64,000 nt of DNA from Betaproteobacteria bacterium (GCA_021730905.1 JAKFYK010000025.1:81377-145376); one strand, 5' to 3'. Counted from the first letter of the stretch, positions 21,601-29,501 are shown. A program made the numbers and translations. Notes: generated by a model not told the origin, from the sequence alone.

Positions 21601-23043
21601 TCAACGTCGGGAACCACGCGTACTGTTACTCGATCCACTGCCACGGCTGGAACCGCTGGAACCCGAGGTGCCAGAGCTCGAACTCCCGGAATTCGATCCG
21701 CTGGAACGTGAACTGCCAGAATTGGAGCCGCTCGCACTCGATCCATCGGATCCAGAACTGGATCGGTTCGAACCGGAGTTGCTTGACCCTGATCCCGACT
21801 GATTTGAGCCAGAACCTGAGCTACTGGAACCGGAGTTACTAGTGTCCGAACGGCCCGAATTCCCGGAATCCGAATTGCCAGAATGACTGCCGCTACCGGA
21901 GTTATCCCGATCACTGCTATCGTGTGAATTACCTCCATCATTGCGTCCCGATCCCTGATTACCGCGCGAATCACTTGAAGTTCCGCCCGGATTTTCGCCG
22001 CGCGTGTTTTCGGAACGCTGCAAGATGACGCGATCCGCCAGCCAGGCATCGCCAACGCGGCGAACCTCAACCTGGACTTTGCGGCCGACCTCCAAATCTC
22101 GGTCATTGCCGCCATTGATACGTACCCGCGAAGATAGTTGCAGAGTGACCGCGCCCACGCTTATCTGATTTCCGCGCTGATTTGTTACATAACCCTCGAC
22201 GATGGCCCGCTGCGCACGGGAAATTGCATGTTGTATGGGTTGTACTTCCGTGCGGCTCGCCTGTAGGGCATTGCCTTTCCATGTGCCTGCGATAAAAACT
22301 TCCGTGCCGACCGAAGGCGGTAAGGTGCCTTGTGGCAGATTGACGCGCGTACCGTTTACGATTGCAGTGCCGGCCTCCACACTCGTTACCGTTCCCGACA
22401 CGCTTGCGCTGGCAGCGGATGTCGCTTCCACACGCGACGCGACGACAACGCCACCATCCGTGCGCAGCCCGCTCACGCGCACCGAAGTGCCGGGTTTGAT
22501 CGATCCGAGGTCGGGGACAATTGCGTTGCCCACGCGTACGGTTTGTCCCATCACCTGTAATTCGCGCGCCACCGCATTGATGCCGGTGACAGGGCCGCTG
22601 ACCGCATCGATGGCACCGATACCGTTGGCACGCAACTGGCCGCCGACAGTGCGCGCATGGACTACAACCAGTTGGCCCACCGCCAGATCGCGCGGCGCCG
22701 CTGTTTGACCATTCACGGAGACTGGTGTGCGATTGTCGTAATGAATTTCAACGCCGTTGACACAAATGCTGGCGAAGCCCGTAATGACGCCGACGATGCC
22801 TGTGCCCCCCATGCCGCCTGATCCGGGTACAAGGGGTGTTGTTGCCTCGGCCATAACACCGGTGCCACCCATGCCACCTTTGGCGACTATGCCAGTGCCA
22901 CCCATACCGCCGGTACCAGTATCGGGATTGGAGAGCGATGCACGGGCGCAGATATTTCCTGTCTCAGCGCCGTGTGCGGGCGCGACAGCACATGCAACAG
23001 TAAAAAGCGCGGTCAGGACAACGCGGTGGAACACGCTACTCAC
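21601..23043 (-). CDS. secreted DUF5666-like repeat protein with N-terminal GGMGGTG triplet and ~135-aa Ser/Gly/Asn/Arg-rich tail
   Basis: GTG start and signal peptide. GGMGGTGI occurs three times, followed by ITGFASICVNGVEIHYD and several beta-rich repeats (recalled as DUF5666). The C-terminus is low complexity, ...SGSGSHSGNSDSGNSGRSD...GSRR. Confidence 0.65.
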   Translation of the reverse strand: MSSVFHRVVLTALFTVACAVAPAHGAETGNICARASLSNPDTGTGGMGGTGIVAKGGMGGTGVMAEATTPLVPGSGGMGGTGIVGVITGFASICVNGVEIHYDNRTPVSVNGQTAAPRDLAVGQLVVVHARTVGGQLRANGIGAIDAVSGPVTGINAVARELQVMGQTVRVGNAIVPDLGSIKPGTSVRVSGLRTDGGVVVASRVEATSAASASVSGTVTSVEAGTAIVNGTRVNLPQGTLPPSVGTEVFIAGTWKGNALQASRTEVQPIQHAISRAQRAIVEGYVTNQRGNQISVGAVTLQLSSRVRINGGNDRDLEVGRKVQVEVRRVGDAWLADRVILQRSENTRGENPGGTSSDSRGNQGSGRNDGGNSHDSSDRDNSGSGSHSGNSDSGNSGRSDTSNSGSSSSGSGSNQSGSGSSNSGSNRSSSGSDGSSASGSNSGSSRSSGSNSGSSSSGTSGSSGSSRGSGSSNSTRGSRR

Positions 23044-23909
23044 GTTGTTTGCTCCGCGGGTACTGTCAATGATTCCTCCTGCGGCTCGTGGTAGAAATAC
23101 ACCCCGAAAGTCATGCGTGTGCGGCGCGCGGGCGGCGTGTCACGTGTTGCCGCCAGCGCTTCAGCTGCCCGCGTATTGACGCCGCGCAGTGCGCGCATGC
23201 CTAATTTGACTGCTGCCTTACTGATGTTGTTGACGGCGTCGGCATCAAGGCCGTCATAATGTATGCAGCGTTCCAGCATAGGAGGCCGTCCGCCCGATAG
23301 GTTATGTGCGATTGCTGCAGCGTGGTCATGCAGATCGTGACCGAAATAAAACATTTTTTCGGTGTACCCTTCCTCGGGGATATAGGCATCGGCTTGTAGG
23401 CAAACCTGGCTTTGCTCGTTTAGCGTGGCAATGCCACTGCGCAACCATTCGTCCAGTAGCGCGCGCGGATGCATATCCGTGCTGATGCTTTTAACCAGCG
23501 CTTCAAATGATTGATCACCGCCGTCCAGCGCGAATCGGGCCAGCGGTTTGGGTACACCTTCCTCGTCAACGTAAGCAGGGTGGGCATTCCACGCAGCGAT
23601 GACCTGCGACCCCAGCGATGTATCGGGTGGTATCGCGGATTTTGCACCGGGTGGCCCATGGCGCAATCGCTTGACGTCCTTGCGATGCACACCGGTTAAC
23701 AGGCTGACGCGTGAATCCGTCTGGCGCTTTTTGTCGAGTGCGAATTCGTGATCAGCTACTTCGACGTAGAGGCTTTTAAGCATTTCCGCAGCGGCGGGGT
23801 AATGCAGTCCGCGCGTCAGCATCAAACGTACAAGCGGCAGCAGCACTCGACGCAATGCGTGCGCGAAGGAAGTCTGAATGTCAGCCGTATCCTTATCCAT
23901 GCACATCAT
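23040..23909 (-). CDS. hypothetical cytoplasmic protein with HTH-like segment; first gene of the island operon
   Basis: No signal peptide. TDSRVSLLTGVHRKDVKRL resembles a helix-turn-helix. Its stop overlaps the start of the downstream gene by 4 nt. Confidence 0.5.
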   Translation of the reverse strand: MMCMDKDTADIQTSFAHALRRVLLPLVRLMLTRGLHYPAAAEMLKSLYVEVADHEFALDKKRQTDSRVSLLTGVHRKDVKRLRHGPPGAKSAIPPDTSLGSQVIAAWNAHPAYVDEEGVPKPLARFALDGGDQSFEALVKSISTDMHPRALLDEWLRSGIATLNEQSQVCLQADAYIPEEGYTEKMFYFGHDLHDHAAAIAHNLSGGRPPMLERCIHYDGLDADAVNNISKAAVKLGMRALRGVNTRAAEALAATRDTPPARRTRMTFGVYFYHEPQEESLTVPAEQTT

Positions 23910-23959
23910 TTCCTATTAAAAACATTAATTTTCATAATGTTACGTGATTTTATCATTTT

Positions 23960-24038
23960 ATGGGAAAAATTACCATATTTATGTTGACGCGGGAAAAATA
24001 CCCATGTATATTCTCAATTGCACGGGAAATATTCCCAT
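23960..24038. promoter_or_regulatory. three related dyad sites in the divergent promoter region
   Basis: ATGGGAAAAATTACCAT (23960-23976), CGGGAAAAATACCCAT (23990-24005) and CGGGAAATATTCCCAT (24023-24038). The third contains the palindrome GGGAA-ATA-TTCCC. Spacing is about three helical turns. Confidence 0.45.
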
Positions 24039-24102
24039 TTCCTTGGCTGGATGAGAAGGTAGACCTTTCATCTACACATTCACTTAAACAGGAGAAATAA
24101 AC

Positions 24103-24519
24103 ATGCTGAAGAAAAAATGGATGACAGCTGTCGTAGGTGCGGTACTTGCTGCTGGTGCTGCAATGTCGTATGCGGCGCTGCCGGAAGGCAGCAGTGCTGT
24201 GGCCCGTGAAGCGGCCGAAGGCCCGCGCGGTGGCGATAACGAGCGTCCCGGAGACCGGCAACGGCGTGGCGGTCGTTTGACGGCGGATTCAGCTCCCGAT
24301 GTCACAGCAGCGAAGGGCTCGGGGCGCGGCAAGACCCGCGTTCCCGGTGGTTCGGGCTGTGATGATCCGCGCGATTTGATCGAGCACCCGGAGTGCCAGA
24401 TCGTTGATGCGATGCAGAACAAGGAATTCGTGGCCCGCGAGGCCGGTGAAGGCCCGCGCGGTGGTGATAACGAGCGTCCTGGTGACCGGCAGCGTCGCGG
24501 TGGTCGCGGTCGCGGCTAG
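24103..24519 (+). CDS. small secreted protein with an internal 26-aa duplication
   Basis: RBS AGGAGA and signal peptide MLKKKWMTAVVGAVLAAGAAMSYA. VAREA(A/G)EGPRGGDNERPGDRQRRGGR occurs twice; the DNA repeats are 24199-24275 and 24430-24506. Confidence 0.6.
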   Translation: MLKKKWMTAVVGAVLAAGAAMSYAALPEGSSAVAREAAEGPRGGDNERPGDRQRRGGRLTADSAPDVTAAKGSGRGKTRVPGGSGCDDPRDLIEHPECQIVDAMQNKEFVAREAGEGPRGGDNERPGDRQRRGGRGRG

Positions 24520-24784
24520 GCACTGCAGTAAGCCATATCAGCTTTGAAATCTGAGTATGGCAGCGTGATGGGGTATTGCCGGAATCTCGAGTGCCGGAAA
24601 TACCTCGTCTCGCGATTTCAAAGATACGTTTTGCAGGAGCGCATGCGTCTTTGAATATTACTTTAAGTTCATCCGGTAGTACTGACGCATCGCGGTCGAT
24701 TTATTAAGAAGAAGTAACAACCTCACGCTGTACCACCGATCGTTACTGTTGCTGATGATCGTCACACTTTCCGATAGATGCTAT

Positions 24785-25915
24785 ATGAAATTAATAGTCG
24801 CGTTTGTCTTTCTTTTCTGGTCTGCGGCAATATTCGCGGCGGTCGGGAGTATTGATTCTTTTGACGGCGATGTGCTCATTCTGTCCAAGGGTGTTACTCG
24901 CACGGCAGGCGAGCGTGGATCCATTGAAGAAGGTGATGTAATTCGCAGCGGCAAAGGGGCGTGGGCCTTGGTTCAAATGATGGATGGTGCTTTACTGACC
25001 GTGCGCCCACAAACCGAATTCAGAATCGAAATGTACCGCTATGCCCCTGAGGCGGATCCTGCAACGATGCGCAGCGTGATCTCGCTGAAGCAAGGGGCGT
25101 TGCGTATCGTTACTGGTCTAATCGGGAAACACAACCGGGCGGGCTATGCGCTGAAGACGCCCACGGCAACCATCGGAATACGAGGCACCGATCACGATAC
25201 GGCGCATATCGGTCGCGATGCAGCTTCAGGCGGCGTCAGTCCCGGCACTTACGATCAGGTTCATTCCGGGGGAACCGTGCTGCGCTCGTCGCGCGGCGAA
25301 GTGCAGATCAATCCCGGTCAGACGGCACATGCGGATCTAACCGGGTTGGCACAGCCACGATTACTGGATCGCGAGCCGCGTTTTTATCAGGTTCACCGCG
25401 AGATTGACAGGCGCGTAGCACCGCGCCGCGAAGAATTGCAACGCAAGTCCGTGCGGCAGCGTGGCGCGTCGGCGACCGGTGCCAAGCTTGTTGATGCGCA
25501 ACCTCGAGGGGGAAATGAAGGTGACTTACGCGAGTCACCATCAGGCAGGAGCAGCGGTTCAGCGGGTGAGTCGTCGGGTTCGCACGGGTCCGGGTCGGGT
25601 GAGTCACGCGACAATGACGCGGGAGCAAGGACAATCGTGGCCGCAGATTCTGAAATACGCAGTCCCAGTGGATCTGGTGGCAGCGATTCCATCAGCAGGT
25701 CCAGCAACAGGTCTGATAGCGGTTCCAATGGTAGCGATGGAAGCAAGGAAGGCTTAAGCGGCGGTTCCAGTGGCAGTTCCAGTTCCACGGGATCCAGGAG
25801 CGGTGGTTCTTTTTCGCGGGAATCTTCAACAGCTTCGGAATCCGGTGGAAACCGCAGTTCAGCACCCAGAAGCAGCGGTGGATTGTCGTCGTCGCATGGC
25901 GGACGGAGTCGCTGA
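24785..25915 (+). CDS. secreted FecR-domain protein with ~140-aa Ser/Gly-rich tail
   Basis: Start at MKLIVAFVFLFWSAAIFA. FecR-like core EEGDVIRSGKGAWALVQMMDGALLTVRPQTEFRIEMYRY...IRGTDHDT. The tail reads ...SSGSAGESSGSHGSGSGESRD...GGSSGSSSSTGSRSGG... Confidence 0.7.
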   Translation: MKLIVAFVFLFWSAAIFAAVGSIDSFDGDVLILSKGVTRTAGERGSIEEGDVIRSGKGAWALVQMMDGALLTVRPQTEFRIEMYRYAPEADPATMRSVISLKQGALRIVTGLIGKHNRAGYALKTPTATIGIRGTDHDTAHIGRDAASGGVSPGTYDQVHSGGTVLRSSRGEVQINPGQTAHADLTGLAQPRLLDREPRFYQVHREIDRRVAPRREELQRKSVRQRGASATGAKLVDAQPRGGNEGDLRESPSGRSSGSAGESSGSHGSGSGESRDNDAGARTIVAADSEIRSPSGSGGSDSISRSSNRSDSGSNGSDGSKEGLSGGSSGSSSSTGSRSGGSFSRESSTASESGGNRSSAPRSSGGLSSSHGGRSR

Positions 25916-25932
25916 AGTGGTTTTAAGCTGAC

Positions 25933-26508
25933 TCAAATACCGAATCGTTCGCCGATTCCAAACAGTGTGGCGATTCCCAGGATTGCGAATATAACGGCAG
26001 CGATAGTATGAACCAGTCGAACAGGCATACGATGTGCGATGCGATCACCCAACAGAACCGCCGGAACATTGGCGATCATCATTCCCAAAGTGGTTCCGGC
26101 TACAACAGAAAAGAAGGCGTGATACTGTGCCGCCAAGGCAACCGTCGCGATCTGAGTCTTGTCGCCCATCTCAGCCAGGAAGAACGCGACCAGCGTCGTG
26201 CCAAAGACCCCGAATCGCGCGAGTTTGGCGTCTTTCTCGTCAAATTTGTCAGGAATCAGCATCCAGATTGCCATCCCGATAAATGAGGCACCTAAAATCC
26301 AGCGAAGTGTTTGTGGGCTCATGAGCGAAGTTATCCACGAACCCATGGCACCGGCAAAGGCGTGGTTCGCTAATGTGGCAACAAGAATGCCGATGACAAT
26401 CGGCAGCGATTTCTGAAACTTGGCTGCCAGAATGAAGGCGAGCAACTGGGTCTTGTCACCTATTTCCGCGAAAGCGACGATACCCGCAGAGATGAGGAAG
26501 GCTTCCAA
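25933..26508 (-). CDS. UPF0016 (GDT1/TMEM165-type) putative Mn2+/Ca2+ exporter
   Basis: Two copies of the E-x-G-D-K-T motif (AEIGDKTQLL and AEMGDKTQIA). Start set at TTG 26508 (MEAFLISAG...) after AAGGGA; the ORF extends to 26547. Confidence 0.85.
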   Translation of the reverse strand: MEAFLISAGIVAFAEIGDKTQLLAFILAAKFQKSLPIVIGILVATLANHAFAGAMGSWITSLMSPQTLRWILGASFIGMAIWMLIPDKFDEKDAKLARFGVFGTTLVAFFLAEMGDKTQIATVALAAQYHAFFSVVAGTTLGMMIANVPAVLLGDRIAHRMPVRLVHTIAAVIFAILGIATLFGIGERFGI

Positions 26509-26559
26509 TGCAATTTCCCTTGGCCGGAAGCAGACAAATGACCACATCGCTTCTCCGGC

Positions 26560-26685
26560 CGTCCGAAGGCGATATGGTCAAAGGTCTTGCCAAGTTCAGG
26601 AAACCGCTTGCGCCATGACCGGTGGGTCAAGTGTGTTGACGCAAACCCCTGCATCTTATGCAGGGCGACTACTCCCCAATGACGT
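26560..26685 (-). promoter_or_regulatory. yybP-ykoY-type Mn2+ riboswitch candidate
   Basis: The minus strand reads ...TTGGGGAGTAGTCGCC...GCGTCAACACACTTGAC...CTTGGCAAGACCTTTGACC... It contains the conserved GGGGAGUAG and GGCAAGACC blocks as I recall them, directly upstream of a UPF0016 gene, which is a classic association. Confidence 0.7.
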
Positions 26686-27677
26686 GGAAATTATAACAAA
26701 GATACCTCGTAAAGTGTTCGCTGCTTTATATGCGGGTTACCCACGGAGCGTGTTCCTTGCGGCGCAAATAGGGTTGCCCAATGGCAAGTACCCGTACAGC
26801 ATATCTCGTTGAAACTTAATTTATGGCGCAAAGTCAGATATGCGAATGCGAGGGAGGCCTTTTTTCCTCCTCGCCGATCCAGAATATTACAAAGGATCTC
26901 TTTGGACGTCACTGGACAACACCGGTTATCCGCTGGCTGAGTCAGCCCGTGTGATGCGCGTTAAGCATCAAAGGCTCGCAAGAGCGCCCAGAGCCGGGAA
27001 GTCCTTCTGTAATCCGGCCGGACCGTAGGCTAGGTCTGAAGATCGTAGTGGCAGCACCGTGATACTGCCCGCATGCCCTCTGTGCCGGCAGCGCAGTAAA
27101 CCGCTTCGCAGTGTGAAGCGGTAGTTTTAAATGGCGCAGTCTGCGCCAGTGGCCAACGATAGCATTTCATCAACGGCTGCTGCGCCAGGGTTCTTCGTGG
27201 TTCTGCGCCAGCCCTCTGGGCCAATGCGCGTCGTGACTAGCCAGTGCCAACTGCTAGTAACGACGCGCACAATCTCTGCGTCGTCAGGCACTTAGGCAGT
27301 AGTTCTGAAAGTGACGACCATCAGTGACGGGCCGTTCTGGCCCGTTAAATCGTAGGGAACCGTGCAATGCGGTTCGTCAATTGCCCGCCTACCGGGTGTC
27401 TAGTACAGCGCTTCCCTGGCGCAACCCGTGAGCCCGGGTACCAGCTCAAACCGATGCGTCTTCACGAAGGCACTATCGGCGCCAATGCCACGTATCGGGC
27501 AGGCCAGTCGTAAACACAACGATACATACCGGGAGTGGTGTCCCGCGGTCCCTCGTAGCGCCCCCCATGCTTAGGCATGAAGGCCGGACAGAAACACTTA
27601 CCTTAAACGCATTACACACCAAGAAGAACCGCAGGACAAGACAGACATCCCCTCGCCTGAATAATTGCGTCGAGGCG

Positions 27678-27765
27678 ACTGCGCTCGTACTGCAGTCCGA
27701 CTGCATTCGTACTGCATTCCGGATGCGCCTGGACTGCAATCCGACTGCGTTCGTACGGCAGGCGA
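27678..27765 (+). repeat. eight tandem 11-bp phased repeats (four 22-bp units)
   Basis: ACTGCGCTCGT ACTGCAGTCCG ACTGCATTCGT ACTGCATTCCG GATGCGCCTGG ACTGCAATCCG ACTGCGTTCGT ACGGCAGGCGA. Confidence 0.85.
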
Positions 27766-27796
27766 TATCGGCAGTGCGAGTTCAAATTCTCAGTTG

Positions 27797-27832
27797 GCAG
27801 GAATACCTCCATCTTGATGGAGGTATTCCTGC
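27797..27832. repeat. perfect 36-nt palindrome (17-bp arms, TT centre)
   Basis: GCAGGAATACCTCCATC-TT-GATGGAGGTATTCCTGC. Confidence 0.9.
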
Positions 27833-27890
27833 TCTCTTGATGGTGGGATTCCCTCCGACTGGGCACGCGCTGTGTTCTGACGCCGCATCA

Positions 27891-28575
27891 CCACAAAAAA
27901 TTTGCCTTTTCCCGGTCAACCCCCCCTGTTTTTGGGGGGAATACAGCACTATTTTTTTATAGACACGCGGCAGAATAGATCATTCATAACTCTTGATCTG
28001 TAGATGTCTATGAGCAAGCTGATCTGCGAGCCACGCCGCTTGTGCCTTTCGACCCGCGCACAAAGGATTCCGTTCGGCGCATGGGCGCGTTCTGCGCGCC
28101 ACAGTACCACTGTCTCGAAAACGCAAAAAAGCCGCTTCTACCAAAAAAATAAATCCTTTTCCGGTCCATCCCCCCTCACTTTTGTGGGGGTGGTTTGAAC
28201 AAGGCTCTGTTGACTCTCGGCACAATTGATCTACGCGAATTTCTGAATTGAGAAAGCCCATGACAAACCTGAACTACAAACTTTCCCTTGTGCGCCCTCC
28301 TGCCCGCGTACTTGCGAGTACGCCCGGATTGACTGCGCGAGAGACGCACACTGCGGCGCAGCCCGATGGCGCCACGCATCAACCGGATTTCGAGACCGCA
28401 GCAGTCCGCCATCAGGCCTGCCCAGAGCTGGCACAGGCCACATGGGGGCATATTTCCTCCAACCCCCCCCTATTTTTGTGAGGGTTACAACCATTTTCTT
28501 TTATTGACACACGCGACAATCGATTCACGTGAAACCCTGATTTCTTAGCCCATGAAAGACCTGAACTACGAACTG
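27891..28575 (+). repeat. triplicated module: A-run, C-run/G-run hairpin, TTGAC-box, AATnGAT dyad and start codon
   Basis: Copies at ~27891-28020, ~28141-28280 and ~28441-28575. Hairpins: CCCCCCCTGTTTTTGGGGGG, CCCCCCTCACTTTTGTGGGGG, CCCCCCCCTATTTTTGTGAGGG. Boxes: ATAGACACGCGGCAGAATAGATCATTC, TTGACTCTCGGCACAATTGATCTAC, TTGACACACGCGACAATCGATTCAC. Copies 2 and 3 share AGCCCATGA(C/A)A(A/G)ACCTGAACTAC(A/G)AAC. Confidence 0.65.
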
Positions 28576-29418
28576 AAGAAACTGTGCCAGCGCAACCGCG
28601 ACGGCAGCTACGCCACCCAGCATGCGCGCGAGCGCATCCTGACCCTGGTCGCCAACCAGCTGCATGAGATGGGATTTAAAGACATGAAGGCAACCAGCCT
28701 AAAACCCAAGCATGTGACCGCGCTGGTAGAACGCTGGAAGACGGAATCCCTGGCCGTGGGTACGATCAAGGTGCGTATGTCGGTGCTGCGCTGGTGGGCC
28801 GATAAAATACAAAAACAAAACGTCATCGCGCGTGACAACGAGCACTACGGCATTCCCAATCGGCAGAATGTCACCAATGTCAGCCGCGCTCGGATTCTGA
28901 CGGCTGAAGATCTGACCAAGGTCACCGATCCCTATACGCGACTATCGCTGAAGTTGCAGGCCGCCTTCGGGCTGCGCCGTGAGGAGTCGATCAAGATCCG
29001 GCCGGAATGGGCTGACCGAGGCGATTTGCTTGCCCTCCGGGACACCTGGACCAAGGGCGGACGGGAGCGGGACATCCCGATCCGCAATGAACAGCAACGG
29101 ATCGTATTGGAAGAAGCCAAACAACTGGCCGGCAAAGGCAGTCTGATTCCGCGAGAGATGAATTACAAGCAGCAAATGGAACGCTTCAAGGCGCAGTGTC
29201 AGGACGCTGGCATTCGGCACGTACATGGACACCGTCATCAGTACGCCCAAGATCGCTATCAGGAGCTAACAGGCTGGCTCTCACCGGCGCAAGGCGGGCC
29301 GACTTTCAGGCAACTGACGCCTGAGCAGAAAATCCTGGATCACAACGCGCGGCTCACCATTAGCATTGAACTCGGGCATGAACGCCTGAGCGTGGTGGCA
29401 GTTTACTGTGGCCGATGA
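28552..29418 (+). CDS. integrase-domain protein (plasmid/ICE-type 'Integrase_1'-like tyrosine recombinase)
   Basis: MKDLNYELKKLCQRNRDGSYATQHARERIL...LKPKHVTALVERW...GLRREESIKIRP...HGHRHQYAQDRY. The R...HxxR...Y-type catalytic pattern is recognised from memory. Confidence 0.7.
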   Translation: MKDLNYELKKLCQRNRDGSYATQHARERILTLVANQLHEMGFKDMKATSLKPKHVTALVERWKTESLAVGTIKVRMSVLRWWADKIQKQNVIARDNEHYGIPNRQNVTNVSRARILTAEDLTKVTDPYTRLSLKLQAAFGLRREESIKIRPEWADRGDLLALRDTWTKGGRERDIPIRNEQQRIVLEEAKQLAGKGSLIPREMNYKQQMERFKAQCQDAGIRHVHGHRHQYAQDRYQELTGWLSPAQGGPTFRQLTPEQKILDHNARLTISIELGHERLSVVAVYCGR

Positions 29419-29501
29419 CAGGACGCCGATGAAAACAAATCCCAAAAGCTGTAAACCCCCTTTACTCAAATTTTTTCTTCACAACTAAAGGAAGTATACG
29501 T

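Noticed and set aside
21601-22010. Ser/Gly-rich coding DNA as a tandem repeat/VNTR
   Set aside because: The region is low-complexity but I could find no exact periodic nucleotide unit. It reads as compositional bias rather than a phase-variable repeat.
26700-27677. Known RNA classes (tmRNA, RNase P, 6S, group II intron, retron msr/msd)
   Set aside because: I could not find the tmRNA tag/acceptor ends, the RNase P GAGGAAAGUCC block, a domain V-like 34-mer, or an adjacent reverse transcriptase. The tract is therefore reported only as an unclassified structured region.
28004-28481. ORFs 28004-28198 (64 aa) and 28248-28481 (77 aa) as genes
   Set aside because: They follow copies of the promoter-like module, and one shares the first codons of the integrase-like gene. 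Their sequences are Arg/Pro/Ser-rich with no family resemblance. They are treated as decayed or non-coding pending expression data.
27891-28575. Possible CRISPR array (three spaced repeats)
   Set aside because: The repeat units are about 100 bp, imperfect, irregularly spaced and include start codons. There are no cas genes and no short uniform repeats.
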